From NCBI GenBank assembly GCA_950097015.1, contig CATNEN010000005.1, forward strand, positions 1,116,001 to 1,180,000: a stretch of DNA of 64,000 nt, given 5' to 3'. The position numbers were made by a program, and so were the translations under genes. Within the stretch, counting starts at the first letter, position 1, and each line of letters begins with the position of its first letter. The stretch is from Macrostomum hystrix (taxonomy: Eukaryota > Animalia > Platyhelminthes). Of the stretch, positions 22,818 to 34,500 are shown one piece after another. The notes beneath the pieces were generated by a model. The model had not been told where the DNA came from. It ran no database searches and saw nothing but the letters and a program-made list of their open reading frames with translations.

Positions 22818-23097
22818 GACATCCCAGCCCCACCTCAGCATCCCAGCCCCACCTCAGCATCCCAGACCCACCTCAGCATCCCAGACCCACCTCAGCATCC
22901 CAGCCCCACCTCAGCATCCCAGCCCCACCTCAGCATCCCAGCCCCACCTCAGCATCCCAGCCCCACCTCAGCATCCCAGCCCCACCTCAGCATCCCAGCC
23001 CCACCTCAGCATCCCAGCCCCACCACAGCATCCCAGCCCCACCTCAGCATCCCAGCCCCACCTCAGCATCCCAGCCCCACCTCAGCATCCCAGACCC
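22818..23097. repeat. 19-bp minisatellite
   Basis: Unit cccagccccacctcagcat. Confidence 0.96.
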
Positions 23098-23181
23098 TAC
23101 GTTGTACGTTGTACTTCAAGCTATTGAGCTGTTCTAGGACACACTAATTAATATAAATTTAAATGTATCTTAGTGACGTAA

Positions 23182-23487
23182 GAGGTTGTAGCCTAGTGGT
23201 TAGAGCGTCGGACTCAAGACTTTAAGGTCGGGGGTTCGATTCCCGACTCCACTGGAACAATTTGCGTCCTTTAGCAAGACACTTAACTCTGCATTGATTC
23301 AGTTCACCCAGCTGTTAAATGGGTACCAGCATCAGCTGGGATAATTGAAGGTGGGTGTGGCGTCCCCCCAGTCCATGGACTGAACAGCTATATGCAGCCT
23401 TCAGATGCACCGCGCAATAGCTGCGGCTGTGCTGTCGGCTGCACATCTGACCCAATTGGGGCAGGTGTAATCAATTATTATTTATTA
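23182..23487 (+). mobile_element. Full-length tRNA-derived SINE (SINE-A) with a CORE-like domain
   Basis: A box tagcctagtggttagagc, B box ggttcgattccc, CORE-like gtcctttagcaagacacttaac...cagctgttaaatgggtacc, AT-rich (tta)n tail, 12-bp TSD ttagtgacgtaa (23170-23181 and 23488-23499). Confidence 0.92.
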
Positions 23488-23882
23488 TTAGTGACGTAAC
23501 TACTGTCACAATATGCTTCTTCGATACATATAAACGGTACTTAGGATATAAACAAGTATATCGTTGTTTATATACCTGTATATTTTAAGCTAGTAATGAA
23601 TTAAGCTTTTCAACGAGTAATCACGTTGGGTTGAAATATAAAAAGAGTTTCTAATTGAAATGCATAATCCTTAGATACTACGTAATATACTAATGGTCAA
23701 CATGTCGGATTTATTGAATATATATTGTATTTATTATATCGCTTAGTATTTTATTATTGAAACAATACAGTTTCGCCATGGAGGTAAATAAAAGGCAATG
23801 TTAGTTGCTTTTTTTAAAAGAGTCTTCGACAAGAAACGCTTAATATTTTGACGATGCTGAAGTCGGACGGCATCAACTGTAC

Positions 23883-24269
23883 ATGCTGATTCTGCTGGTC
23901 ATTGCTGGCCTATGCGAGTGCCAAACAGCCTACAGAAACGTCTCATTGGGAGGCTGTGTGGTCGCTCAGACTCCCCAACACCTGCTGACGGCCTCAAGCG
24001 CTCGCTCGTGCGCCTTCCTGTGCTCTCAGCTCCGTCTCTGCATCGGCTGGAGCTACCGCACAGGCGTCTGCAACGTGTCGGACAGCGTGCAAACTGTGCG
24101 ACTCTCGAACGACACCGACTGCGAGGTGTGGAGCGTCCTGCGTCAGCTCAGCCTCGTCGCCTTCTGGCCCATGAGCAACGCCACTCGCAGCCGCAATGTG
24201 GCCTCGAACAGCGGCCATCTCGACCTGCGGGAGAACATGGCCATGCAGTACACGGACAGTGCGGTCAAC
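23883..24269 (+). CDS. Secreted PAN/apple-domain protein, 5' part
   Basis: Signal MLILLVIAGLCEC; SARSCAFLCSQLRLCIGWSYRTGVC apple Cys pattern; then LVAFWPM (resembles the start of a LamG-like domain); runs into a minisatellite at 24270. Confidence 0.7.
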
Positions 24270-24716
24270 CCACCTCAGCATCCCAGACCTACCCAGCATC
24301 CCAGACCACCTCAGCATCCCACCTCACCTCAGCATCTCACCTCACCTCAGCATCTCACCTCACCTCAGCATCCCAGTCCCACCTCAGCATCTCAGACCAC
24401 CTCAGCATCCCAGACAACATCAGCATCACACCTCACCTCAGCATCCCACCTCACCTCAGCCTCTCACCTCACCTCAGCATCCCACCTCACCTCAGCATCC
24501 CAGTCCCACCTCAGCATTCCAGAACACCTCAGCATCTCACCTCACCTCAGCATCCCAGTCCCACCTCAGCATCTCACCTCACCTCAGCATCCCAGACCCA
24601 GCTGAGCATCCCAGAACACCTCAGCATCCCACCTCACCTCAGCATCCCACCTCACCTCAGCATCCCACCTCACCTCAGCATCCCAGACCACCTCAGCATC
24701 CCACCTCACCTCAGCA
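24270..24716. repeat. About 18-19-bp minisatellite (cacctcagcatcc core)
   Basis: Same core as the 22818-23097 array. Confidence 0.95.
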
Positions 24717-24848
24717 CTGGAGGCCCTGGCCGACCTGGACGAGCCGGAGATGACAGACGAGAAGGCTCTCGCAGTGGTGAAGAAGTTTTCATGGGGTGCT
24801 CTGGTGTCTGCCGCTACTTCCCTGTCACGCTACATTCGGTTCGGCTAA
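24715..24848 (+). CDS. Terminal exon of a putative RFamide (RYIRFamide-type) peptide precursor
   Basis: LEALADLDEPEMTDEKALAVVKK-FSWGALVSAATSLSRYIRF-G-TAA: acidic spacer, dibasic site, C-terminal amide-donor Gly directly before the stop. Confidence 0.7.
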
Positions 24849-25949
24849 TTGTGCGTCAGAATTTTCGCTCAGACTGCCCCCGGCTGACACCTGACTGACC
24901 GGACTCCGCCCGCGACTCTCAGACACTCACATTTACTTACATTACGTCCAGTAGATTTAACTGGACGTAACATTTTTTAATGTTTACGAATTTCTACGAA
25001 AATTTGATATAATTTTTAGAATATATATCGAATGGGAATTTTAATTGAAAGATTATCTAGAATCGCATGAAAAAACAAAGTCTTATTCGTAAATATAAGC
25101 TTACGATGTAAATAATGTACCATGCTTGGTTGCTATTTTATTAATAACATATCTTAGTAATGTTAAACGATGCTAGAAAGATATTTTAGGCTTGTTATGT
25201 TAGACTCTGTATACATTATATGGGCCCAATAAGCTCACTGTATTATATAAAAGCCTCAAGGACCACTAGGATTAGAAGGGCGTTTTTTGTTGGGAAATTT
25301 ATTAAAGGCTGATTTTCTAATAATTTTCTAAGAAACGATGTTCCCTGTCCAATTACTGCTAGTGGTCCTTGAATTGATCAAATAAACTTTTGTTGCAGTC
25401 ATAATCAAAACACAACTACAATTGCTTGGAAGTTAATTGTACGCTCAAAGGATTATTTTTCACTGTAGTCTAGTAAATAAGAACCGCATTACAACGAGTC
25501 GGCAAAAACACCGCGGACTGGAATAAAAGAGTTGATGCATTAAATGTTTAAATTATTGATACACGACCTTAGATAGGTGCATGTTAAGTGGAGTTTTGTA
25601 TGTAAAATGAGAGGTGATAAAAATAGTTAATGCTAGAAACATATTGGAAGCAGAATGAAGATAAATCTGTTTTGTTATTGACGGAATAAAAATGTAAAAC
25701 AATTTCACATCATGCGTTTGTAAATTCGTAGCAGCAATCAATAAAACTTCAACGTTGATTTTGGTCGCGATCGTTAAATTGAGACCGAGAATATTGCATG
25801 AAATCTTAAGGCTCCTGTCGTTGTGACTGGCAATTACGTTTTGAACGCTATGCTCAATCGCCATGAATTCGAGTCAATGATGCAGAGCGGCTTCGCTGTA
25901 GAAAGACCACAGGGGCAAAACACAAATTTCTCTTTTTTTCTTTATCTCC

Positions 25950-26335
25950 TAGAATACTCAACCAATCGCCATGAAAATTGAGAACACGGGCAAATATTTT
26001 TTCGCTCTATCTGGTGAGAAACACCCTCTATCTGGTTGCGAAAATGACCAATAGATGTTGGTGAATACAAGTGCGTGTTAATTAACCAATTTGTATTCGC
26101 CAAAGAGGTTTATGCTGAGCAATGTTAGTCAACCTTGTCACCAGGGTCTTCGACAATAAACGCGGAATATATCGACGATTCTGACGTCAGAAAGCTTTGA
26201 AAGTTCATCGTAGAGGGCCAAAAATATTGATTCAGAGGGTGGACTTTCACGAACATCGGTCATTCGGTTTGGGAGCTATCGAGAAGTAGGCGGTGGGTGT
26301 TTGAAATTCCCCCGTGGTCTTCCCCAGGGGGAAAA
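25950..26335. repeat. Dispersed repeat family C
   Basis: Shares gaacacgg...ttttccgctctatc and aagttcatcgta.agggc...ggtggacttt...gtttgggagctatcg with 27790-28105. Confidence 0.6.
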
Positions 26336-26413
26336 TAGTGCTAAAATACTGTTAAAAATCTCAGGCATTACTAACATTATGAATTCAAACTACTCGCGCA
26401 ATTGAATCAGCAG

Positions 26414-29400
26414 TCAACAGCCTCCGTCTTCGACATCATCCAATCGAGTCATGATGCTCTCAATGTACTCGCCGATCGGCACCACAGCGCCACGTCGCCT
26501 AGATTCCTCGGCGGCGAAAGCCACTAGGTGGCCGTAGAGTGTGGACTCAGCTAGCTGATGCTGCAGATCCGCCAAGCTGGCATTTGAGCATTCGGCTTTG
26601 GCCTTGAGTAGGGCTCGAACAAAGGCCTGGAAGCCCAATATAAGAAATATAAATCGTTATGAAGCTTTGATCTCCTATTTTATCTCGTACGCAATTTATT
26701 CAGAGCTACGTAAAAAAACATTAAATCATTCTCTATCAATTTATTTATGCAATCTTTCTACTTGCTCGCCCACTCTGACAGCCTCCGACGCACTCCGGAC
26801 CTCACCTGAGCCAGAAAGAAGTCGGCAGATCCGTGACCCTTCATTCGGCCGCTCCCCACTGAAGCATCGGGTATTTCTTCGCCGTCCGGTCCGAGACCGA
26901 CGGGCACGTGGTAGCGATCCAGACTAACGAAGTCGTGCATCAACAGCGCCGTGTCACCGTAGGAGCTGCCATTCCACCGAAGTTCGCCTTTTGTGCCGTA
27001 GAAAACACTCGAGCGAACGCACACGGCCTCAGTGAAGGCCATCATGGTCAGGCTAGCTGTGGCTCCGTCTTCGAACTCCATGTTGACCACCTTGGAAGTC
27101 AGGATTAAAATAATCATATTGATATTATTTTTCATATTCGCAGGGACTGTAAGACGCATCATTTAGCGACAGCAAGCGAGGATGCTGCGATTCTGCCCAT
27201 TTCGCTGACCCCAGTTTACACGCGCACTTACACAGCTGACACCTGCCCAGAATTTCTTGTCAGACAGTGAACTGTACTCTCATCGCTCTTCATGAATTGG
27301 TCCTCATAAATTGCACAACAAGCTGTGGATTAGAGTTCAGAGACATTGCTAAGAGAGTCCGATGCACTACAGCTTTAGTGACAGACTCTAGCTTTTCCGA
27401 CTGCTCTGAACGTGGGTACGCAAACTATTCAACGATTTCTCAATCACGCACCTGATGATCGCAGACATCGTTGTCACAATTGTAGACGCATCGTCCGTAA
27501 GGTCCGTTGCTGATGGCTTCCTTCACCAGTTGGCTATACTTGTCTAAATCGCCATCGCACGCTTCACGATCGACAAACGCTGCAGCGCTCCACAGGCCGG
27601 GAAATACGTACGCCTCAAGGTTTTTAAGGTTTTTATGGTAATAAACTAATTTGCGAAATATACAACTTAAAAGTTCACAACAGAAGTATCATTCTGTATC
27701 AAGCGTAAAAAATTGCAATTAGGCTATTTTTAACGTTCAGCGTTTCACGAATTATTAACAAACAGTGGAATGAAAAGACCAAGAGGGGTCGAGATATTCA
27801 ACCCATCACCATGACAATCCAGAACACGGGATAAAATTTTCCGCTCTATCCGATGAAAAAACTTCCAGGATCACAAAACATCGGAATCGTTGAGATATTC
27901 AAGGATTTTTGTCGGTGAGTCAGGCAGCAAAAATCAATTAGTCATGTAACCATGATGATTTAAGGACGGCCTTGAAAGTTAGTTCATCGTAAAGGGCGGA
28001 AACTTTTGATCCTCATGGGGTGGACTTTCTAAAAAATTGGTAATTTACGAGTAGTTTGGGAGCTATCGTAATCGAAATACCGCGTGGTCTTTTCCAACGG
28101 GCAAAAAAGCGTGATCTTTCCACTTTTAAGCGGCTCACCTTCACAGCGGAGTAGGGACAGCCTTTCTCAGCACTGCAGTCAACGCATCGTTCACCAGCTC
28201 CGTTTGGCTTTTCTTCCGGTCGAAAATGAATTAGACTGCCGAAGCTGGACACGCGGGTGCAGCGCGACGGCATCCAGTAGCAGATGATGTCAACGTCGTG
28301 GCAGCACTTGGTGAGCAGAGAGAATGCGCTTGTGTCCTCGTTGCGCCAGTTGCCACGTACGTAGGAGTGAGCAAAGTGAGCAAAGCCAACTGGTTCAGTG
28401 TGCTGCACGTGGCACAGGCGACCAAGCTTTCCCGATCTGGCAGTTTTTTTCACGAGGTTCTCCGATTTTATTTTGGACAAACTTTCAAACGATTGTGTAC
28501 ACTAACATCTTTCTAAATAAAGGGCACAATTAGTCCCAGTGGAGTCAGGAATCGAATCAACGACCTTTAAGTCATGAGTTCGACGCTCTAATTACTTGCA
28601 TGGCTAGAACCTTCTTCATAACTAGCAGGTATATTGATAATCAAGGTTTGGAAAAACACGACAAGTAGAACTTTTCTGCCACTTCTTAAGTAAAAAGCTG
28701 AACTTAGATTGGGCTATTCATTTTCTTCACACAATAAAACTGGAATGCGTCTAATAAAACATGCTTCATCGAATGGCAGCTGGTAATGAAAATAGTGCAC
28801 AGGTTTGATCTTAAAACCATATTTTGGGACAGAGCAAGCTAATAGATAAACAGGGCGCGCACAACCACTTTCGTATACGATAGAAAGACAGCGGGAGCCT
28901 GTGATCAGCCTGTGAGGTGTGCTGTTAAGAGCTTCCATGACGAGTTCCGAATAACCTGGATAAAACGTGTCAGTTTCTAGTACAAGCTTCCCTTAGACAA
29001 GTCCCTTAGGGTGATCACCTTCAAGCAAGCTCCTACAAACTGCTTCATGAGCATCAGCAGCAGCAGCACAATCATTAAGTTCCAATAGGGGGCCATTATG
29101 AATATCGCTTCTTCCATCCACCTCATTTTACCTTGCAGTTTCAACAGGACGTACGTTGCAACTTAATTATTTTATAAGTTATATTACTAACAGTAATAAC
29201 AATAACTATTACAGCCGTATATCATAATACATGCATCAATTGAGATTCCAATTAAAAGTTAATGCAGTGCGCTCAAATAAAATTAGTTTTTTTGCTTTCA
29301 ACTGCACCATGACTGCCAGGTAAAATATCCTAAGAAGCGAATGCATATGAAGTCATGCAGATAACAAATTTGGTAACTTGACCCAAAGCGAGAATTTTTT

Positions 29401-31027
29401 CTTGATTTGATCACATCCTAGGGGCTTGTACGAATGTGATCTTATGAGCAAATTTTCATTCTCAATTTCATCGTATTGTATACAAATTGGATTCATTATT
29501 TATATTCGGCATGGTAGTGTAGTAGATTCTATTAAGGGGTATATACTTTTAGGAGTCGGTTATTATTATAGCTCGCCATTTTTCACCCTCCTGAGCGATT
29601 ACGCAACACTCATAGGACCCTCCTAGGCTCCTAGCCTGCACTCCTTGAACCCACCCCGTACTCCTATACGGTCGTGATATCTCTAGGACGCAATTATTTC
29701 ATCCGCACCTTGTTAAGAATAAGAACGCTCTCACCTCCTAGCTCTTAATTTTATAGCACGGGCACCTGGTACCAGATGCACAGCTGCAGTGTTATTCTAT
29801 CGGTGTACAAAGTCAGCTACACAAACAATTTATCGAAAGCTATGCATGGTGACGTAATGTATGAATGAATAATATTCAGCTAGACAGCATGCGTTATTTA
29901 TTACCTAATCAGTCCGTGAATCTTTCTCACTGCAGGCAGGTAGCGCAGCACGTGACAGATGACCATGAGCTGGTCGGATTCGTTAAGCCATTCCCGGTGC
30001 ACAAGACGAACACAATCTAATGGATTGCAAGCCATTGGCTTTTCTAACAGAATGTGATAGCCGAGACGTTTGAAAGCCTGTCAAAAATTGTTGAATGCAA
30101 ATAGTATGTGTCTTGAGTCATACGGGCATGAACAAGCAGCTTTTGTTACCTGGCAAGGAGCAACATGCATTTTATCTTGGGTACAGATGATTGCCGCATC
30201 AGCTAGGCGACCTCGAGCAACAAGTGGCTGCCAGTCGTCAAATACAGCATCATCGGCTAGGTTGAAATTGCGAGCCATATAGCTGCGTCCGGTGGGCCTG
30301 GGTTCAAGGTGGAATAGTTTTACGTGCATTCTTTATTTCCAGCTTGTCAAACTCAACAATTTTTACTTACAAGTTACTATACACTCGAAACTATTAGGCC
30401 AACAAAGTCTATTGTAGATGCTATATTTCTTAAAAATTCCTAATCCACATTCAGCAGTCGATCTAGCTACATAAAAATAATGATTATTGATTGCGCATGC
30501 CCTAAGTGAGCCGGACGTGCAGCCGATAGCACAGCCGCAGCTATCTCAGTCCATGGACTAGGAGATGTCACAGTCAAACCTAACTCGCTCTCAATTACAC
30601 GAGATAATGCTGGTACCCATGCCAATTAACTGATGGATGAGCGGATGTAATTCAGAATAAAGGACATTTACTAATGCAAAATTTTCCAGTGCACTCGGGT
30701 ATCGAACCCAGATCTTCACGCAACAAGATTCATGAATGAAGTATAGGTTGTTAGCTATCATGCAAACATGAATATCAGCCAAAAAGCATTTTCTCACCTA
30801 GGATCAGCAGCTGCCACAATGCGCAATTCATTTGGCCTAATCAGAGCATACTCTGAGTAGCAGCGACCCCGCTGACCACATCCAATCACAATCGCTGTGA
30901 TTGGATTTGATGACACTGCCTCTGGATGACTAGTCGATGCTACAATCTCCAAGCTAGTTGTAGCCTGTGTTATTTCAATTTTCGTAGCAGTAGCCTTTGA
31001 TTTTTTGCGCTTAAAAAGAAAGCTCAT
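26414..31027 (-). CDS. Gfo/Idh/MocA-family NAD(P)-dependent oxidoreductase, 7 exons
   Basis: Exons 31027-30798, 30297-30150, 30077-29905, 28436-28139, about 27613-27452, 27090-26806, 26626-26414. Motifs [59 protein letters not shown]. Confidence 0.9.
27170..27295 (-). mobile_element. Degenerate SINE-B fragment
   Basis: attctgcccatttcgctgac shared with the 34970-35230 copy. Confidence 0.55.
27790..28105. repeat. Dispersed repeat family C
   Basis: atccgatgaaa.aacttccag.atcacaaaacatcgg also at 63545-63690. Confidence 0.65.
28520..28605 (-). mobile_element. SINE-A tRNA-like head
   Basis: cagtggagtcaggaatcgaatcaacgacctttaagtcatgagttcgacgctcta is the reverse of the SINE-A head. Confidence 0.7.
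30485..30720 (-). mobile_element. Degenerate SINE-A copy
   Basis: gtgcagccgatagcacagccgcagcta...cagtccatggact...atgctggtacccat. Confidence 0.65.
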
Positions 31028-31566
31028 AATGTGTCCTCTCTGGGCAGAAAATATAAGAATATAAGAAAATATAGTAGAGTCGATAAACCTATAAATAACG
31101 AACGGTAAGGCGTCCGTATATATATAGTATAGCTGAATTCACATGTTGGTAGTAATTCAAAAAATACAACCCAGTGTAAAAACTTTAACAACAAGTATTT
31201 CTGCTATGATTAAAAAGTGAAAAATTCAAATATCTTTGCCGTTTGTATTAACACACAAGTAAACTTTAATTAAACGACTTTCGAATTCTTCAAGATTTGT
31301 TTTATCAATTTTCATAAGAAAACTTTTTCATCCTTTAAATGTTTCTATTTCGCGTTAATTTTTTCAAAGTCTGCTATTCCACTGCGTGGTTGTGAATATT
31401 TGTTACCTTCCGTTTTGCCGTCGCCACCATAAGTTTATATTCATTGTGCTGTGATTAGCAGTTAGTATTTTTTCTACTAAGCTACTTTAACTTAGCTTGG
31501 CTATTATTAAACAAATCATTTCATTTCAAATCATCTCAAAAAGATTTGTTAACAAACTGAGGAGAA

Positions 31567-34500
31567 ATGTTGGCATTAAGGCATCGCTTTTCATCGCTTT
31601 GTCTCAAAGCTGTAAGTATAAAATTCGTGACAGACATTTTTTTAATATATAAAGAGCCATGTTTACAATGACTATTTGCGGTTTATAATGCATTTTTTGT
31701 AATATTTTATTTGTATTTTATTATATCCAACTGTAATAGTTTCATTGTTCAATTGCTTGATTGCTTGATTGATTAGTCTTCAATAACTTATAGTTTGCCT
31801 AAAAAAAACAACTCAAATTACAAATGCATTTATCAATATAATATCTGTATTCAATAACTTATAGTTTACCTAAATAAAACAACTCAAATTACAACTGCAT
31901 GTATCAAACTACTTATATATTTGAAATAGTAGGGCCTATTTCATGCTAAAGTATTAAGATAGGCATAAATTTACTTTTGTTCGCAAAATTATTTTCTTCT
32001 TTTAAAATCTTGAATCTTGAATGATGAAGAAGATAACATCAACTGGTACCACAACTGGTGGGAAACATTTTTAAATGGCACTGAGCATCGTTATCCATTG
32101 TGGTGCTGCAGATTCATCAGTGTATGCATGGCACATGGGCAGGTCGTTTGGTTGGCCAAGGGCCCATGACAAGCAAGCCACCACATAGTCTCGTCAGTAC
32201 TTGACGTCACTGCCATCAGATTCATAATTGAATTCATATTTAGTTCCATTAGTGCCTGTGCCAGCAGAACTTCATTCAGTGGCACAATCCACAATGGTCT
32301 TGGTGGCGGTCCAGCCATTTGGAAATCAGAAGAGTCTTGAAGTCTCTAAAATCCAAACTATAGTGAGGGCTCAATAAAACTCAGCCAAATTTTTGTGCCC
32401 CAAACAACTATGCGGTTCTATAGGCCATAGACAACTCCTATTCATCATTCCATGTCATTAGCACCATTTTAAAAGAGGAAAATAATTTCGCTAACAAAAG
32501 TAAATTTATGCTTTAAGATATTACATGCAGTTAATAAGATAAGAAACTGATAAGCTACTCACTTTAGGTCATAATTAGCTAATTCTAATATGAAAATAAA
32601 TATTATCTTGGATTTATAGCATATCATTGCTTTCATTTATTAATTGTGTCTCTAAATTGACATTAAAACATTTTTGCCTAAATGCTAATTAAAGTTAGTT
32701 AGACAATGTTAGATATGCTTTAAAAACACAAGTTGATTAGGCCTAATCTACAAAAAATAAACATTATACATACAGTAATTGTGATTTGTAAACATATTCT
32801 ACACTTTTGAAAGCTAGCTAATATTTTTTACACTTTATTGAACCATAAGCAACAAAATGGTTGAATCTTCTAATGCAATATCCTAATATATGTTGGTGGC
32901 AGTGTGGCCCTTAAAAGAGCTATTCTACCAACAATTAGCTCTACTAAGTGGTAGTCTCTTGTTCCTTGGCACAAGCTGTCTTTAAGGCTGCTGATTTTAG
33001 TCATACAATTCTTTAACTGTTTTATGGGAACTATTTTAGAATGATGTACACCTGTCTAAATTTAGTCAGGAAAATGTTGGTTTTGTCAGGCATTTGTTTT
33101 ATAAATCTTGCCAAGAAGAAATATTTCTGTATCTCAAATTAAACTATTGTCTGTGAATACAAAATCTAGCTCATTTTGTTCCACATATTCGTTTTCACTT
33201 TTGCTGCTTGAAAGTTACTGTTTAGACAAATAAAAAGAACATTTTAGTTACGTAGCAATTTTTTTTGGTGTAAGCCGATTGTAACAATGTTATTGTTGAC
33301 ATAATCCATAGCACCATCCAGACTATAGTAGCTTTACTAATTTGCACACTGAAAATTTAACAGGTTCAAATGAATGCTAATCGAGGCTTTAGCAGAACTG
33401 CCTCAGCTGCGGCTGCTTCAGCCAAGCCAAAGCCAGCCTTTGTTCGTGTGCCCGAAGCCCAGGTAACCACACTGGACAATGGTCTGCGAGTTGCCTCCGA
33501 AGATTGGAACACGCCAACCTGCACTGTGGCCGTCTGGCTTGAAGCTGGTAGTCGCTATGAAACAGAGGAGACTAACGGAGTCGCTCATTTTCTTGAGCAT
33601 GTTCTCTTCAAGGTCAGTATTTTGTAATTTAATCAAATAATATCAAGGCTAGTTTGTTTCGAATTTAAATCTAAATTTTCTGATCCTAATATAAATATTT
33701 TCATTCCTAATCTACATATCCCAATTCCTGATGTACAAATCCTCATTCCTAATCTACAAATCCCAATTCTTAATCTACAAATCCTCATTCTTAGTCTACA
33801 AATCCTCATTCTTAGTGTAGAAATCCTCATTCTTAGTCTAGAAATCCTCATTCTTAGTCTAGAAATCCTCATTCTTAGTCTAGAAATCCTCATTCTTAAT
33901 CTACAAGTCCTCATTCCTAATCTACAAATCCTCATTCTTAATCTACAAATCCCAATTCTTAATCTACAAATCCTCATTCTTAATCTACAAATCCTCATTC
34001 TTAATCTACAAATCCTCATTCTTAGTCTAGAAATCCTCATTCTTAGTCTAGAAATCCTCATTCTTAGTCTAGAAATCCTCATTCTTAGTCTAGAAATCCC
34101 CATTCTTAATCTACAAATCCTCATTCCTAATCTACAAATCCCCATTCTTAATCTACAAATCCCCATTCTTAATCTACTAGTCCTCATTCCTAATCTTCAA
34201 ATCCCCATTCCTAATTTACAAATCCACATTCTTAATCTACAAATCCCCATTCTGAATCTACCAATCCTCATTCCTAATCTACAAATCCCCATTCTTAATC
34301 TACTAATCCTCATTCCTAATCTACAAATCCCCATTCTTAATCTACAAATCCTCATTCCTAATCTACAAATCCCCATTCCTAATCTACAAATCCTCATTCC
34401 TAATCTTCAAATCCCCATTCCTAATCTACAAATCCTCATTCCTAATCTTCAAATCCCCATTCCTAATTTACAAATCCACATTCTTAATCTACAAATCCTC

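Noticed and set aside
24603-24605. Selenocysteine or readthrough at the single TGA between PAN and RFamide segments
   Set aside because: The TGA is a variant repeat unit (gctgag vs cctcag) and I could identify no SECIS; splicing or mis-assembly is simpler.
26414-31027. Horizontal transfer of a bacterial-like Gfo/Idh/MocA oxidoreductase
   Set aside because: It has six spliceosomal introns, and this family is known in many animals; no phylogeny can be run here.
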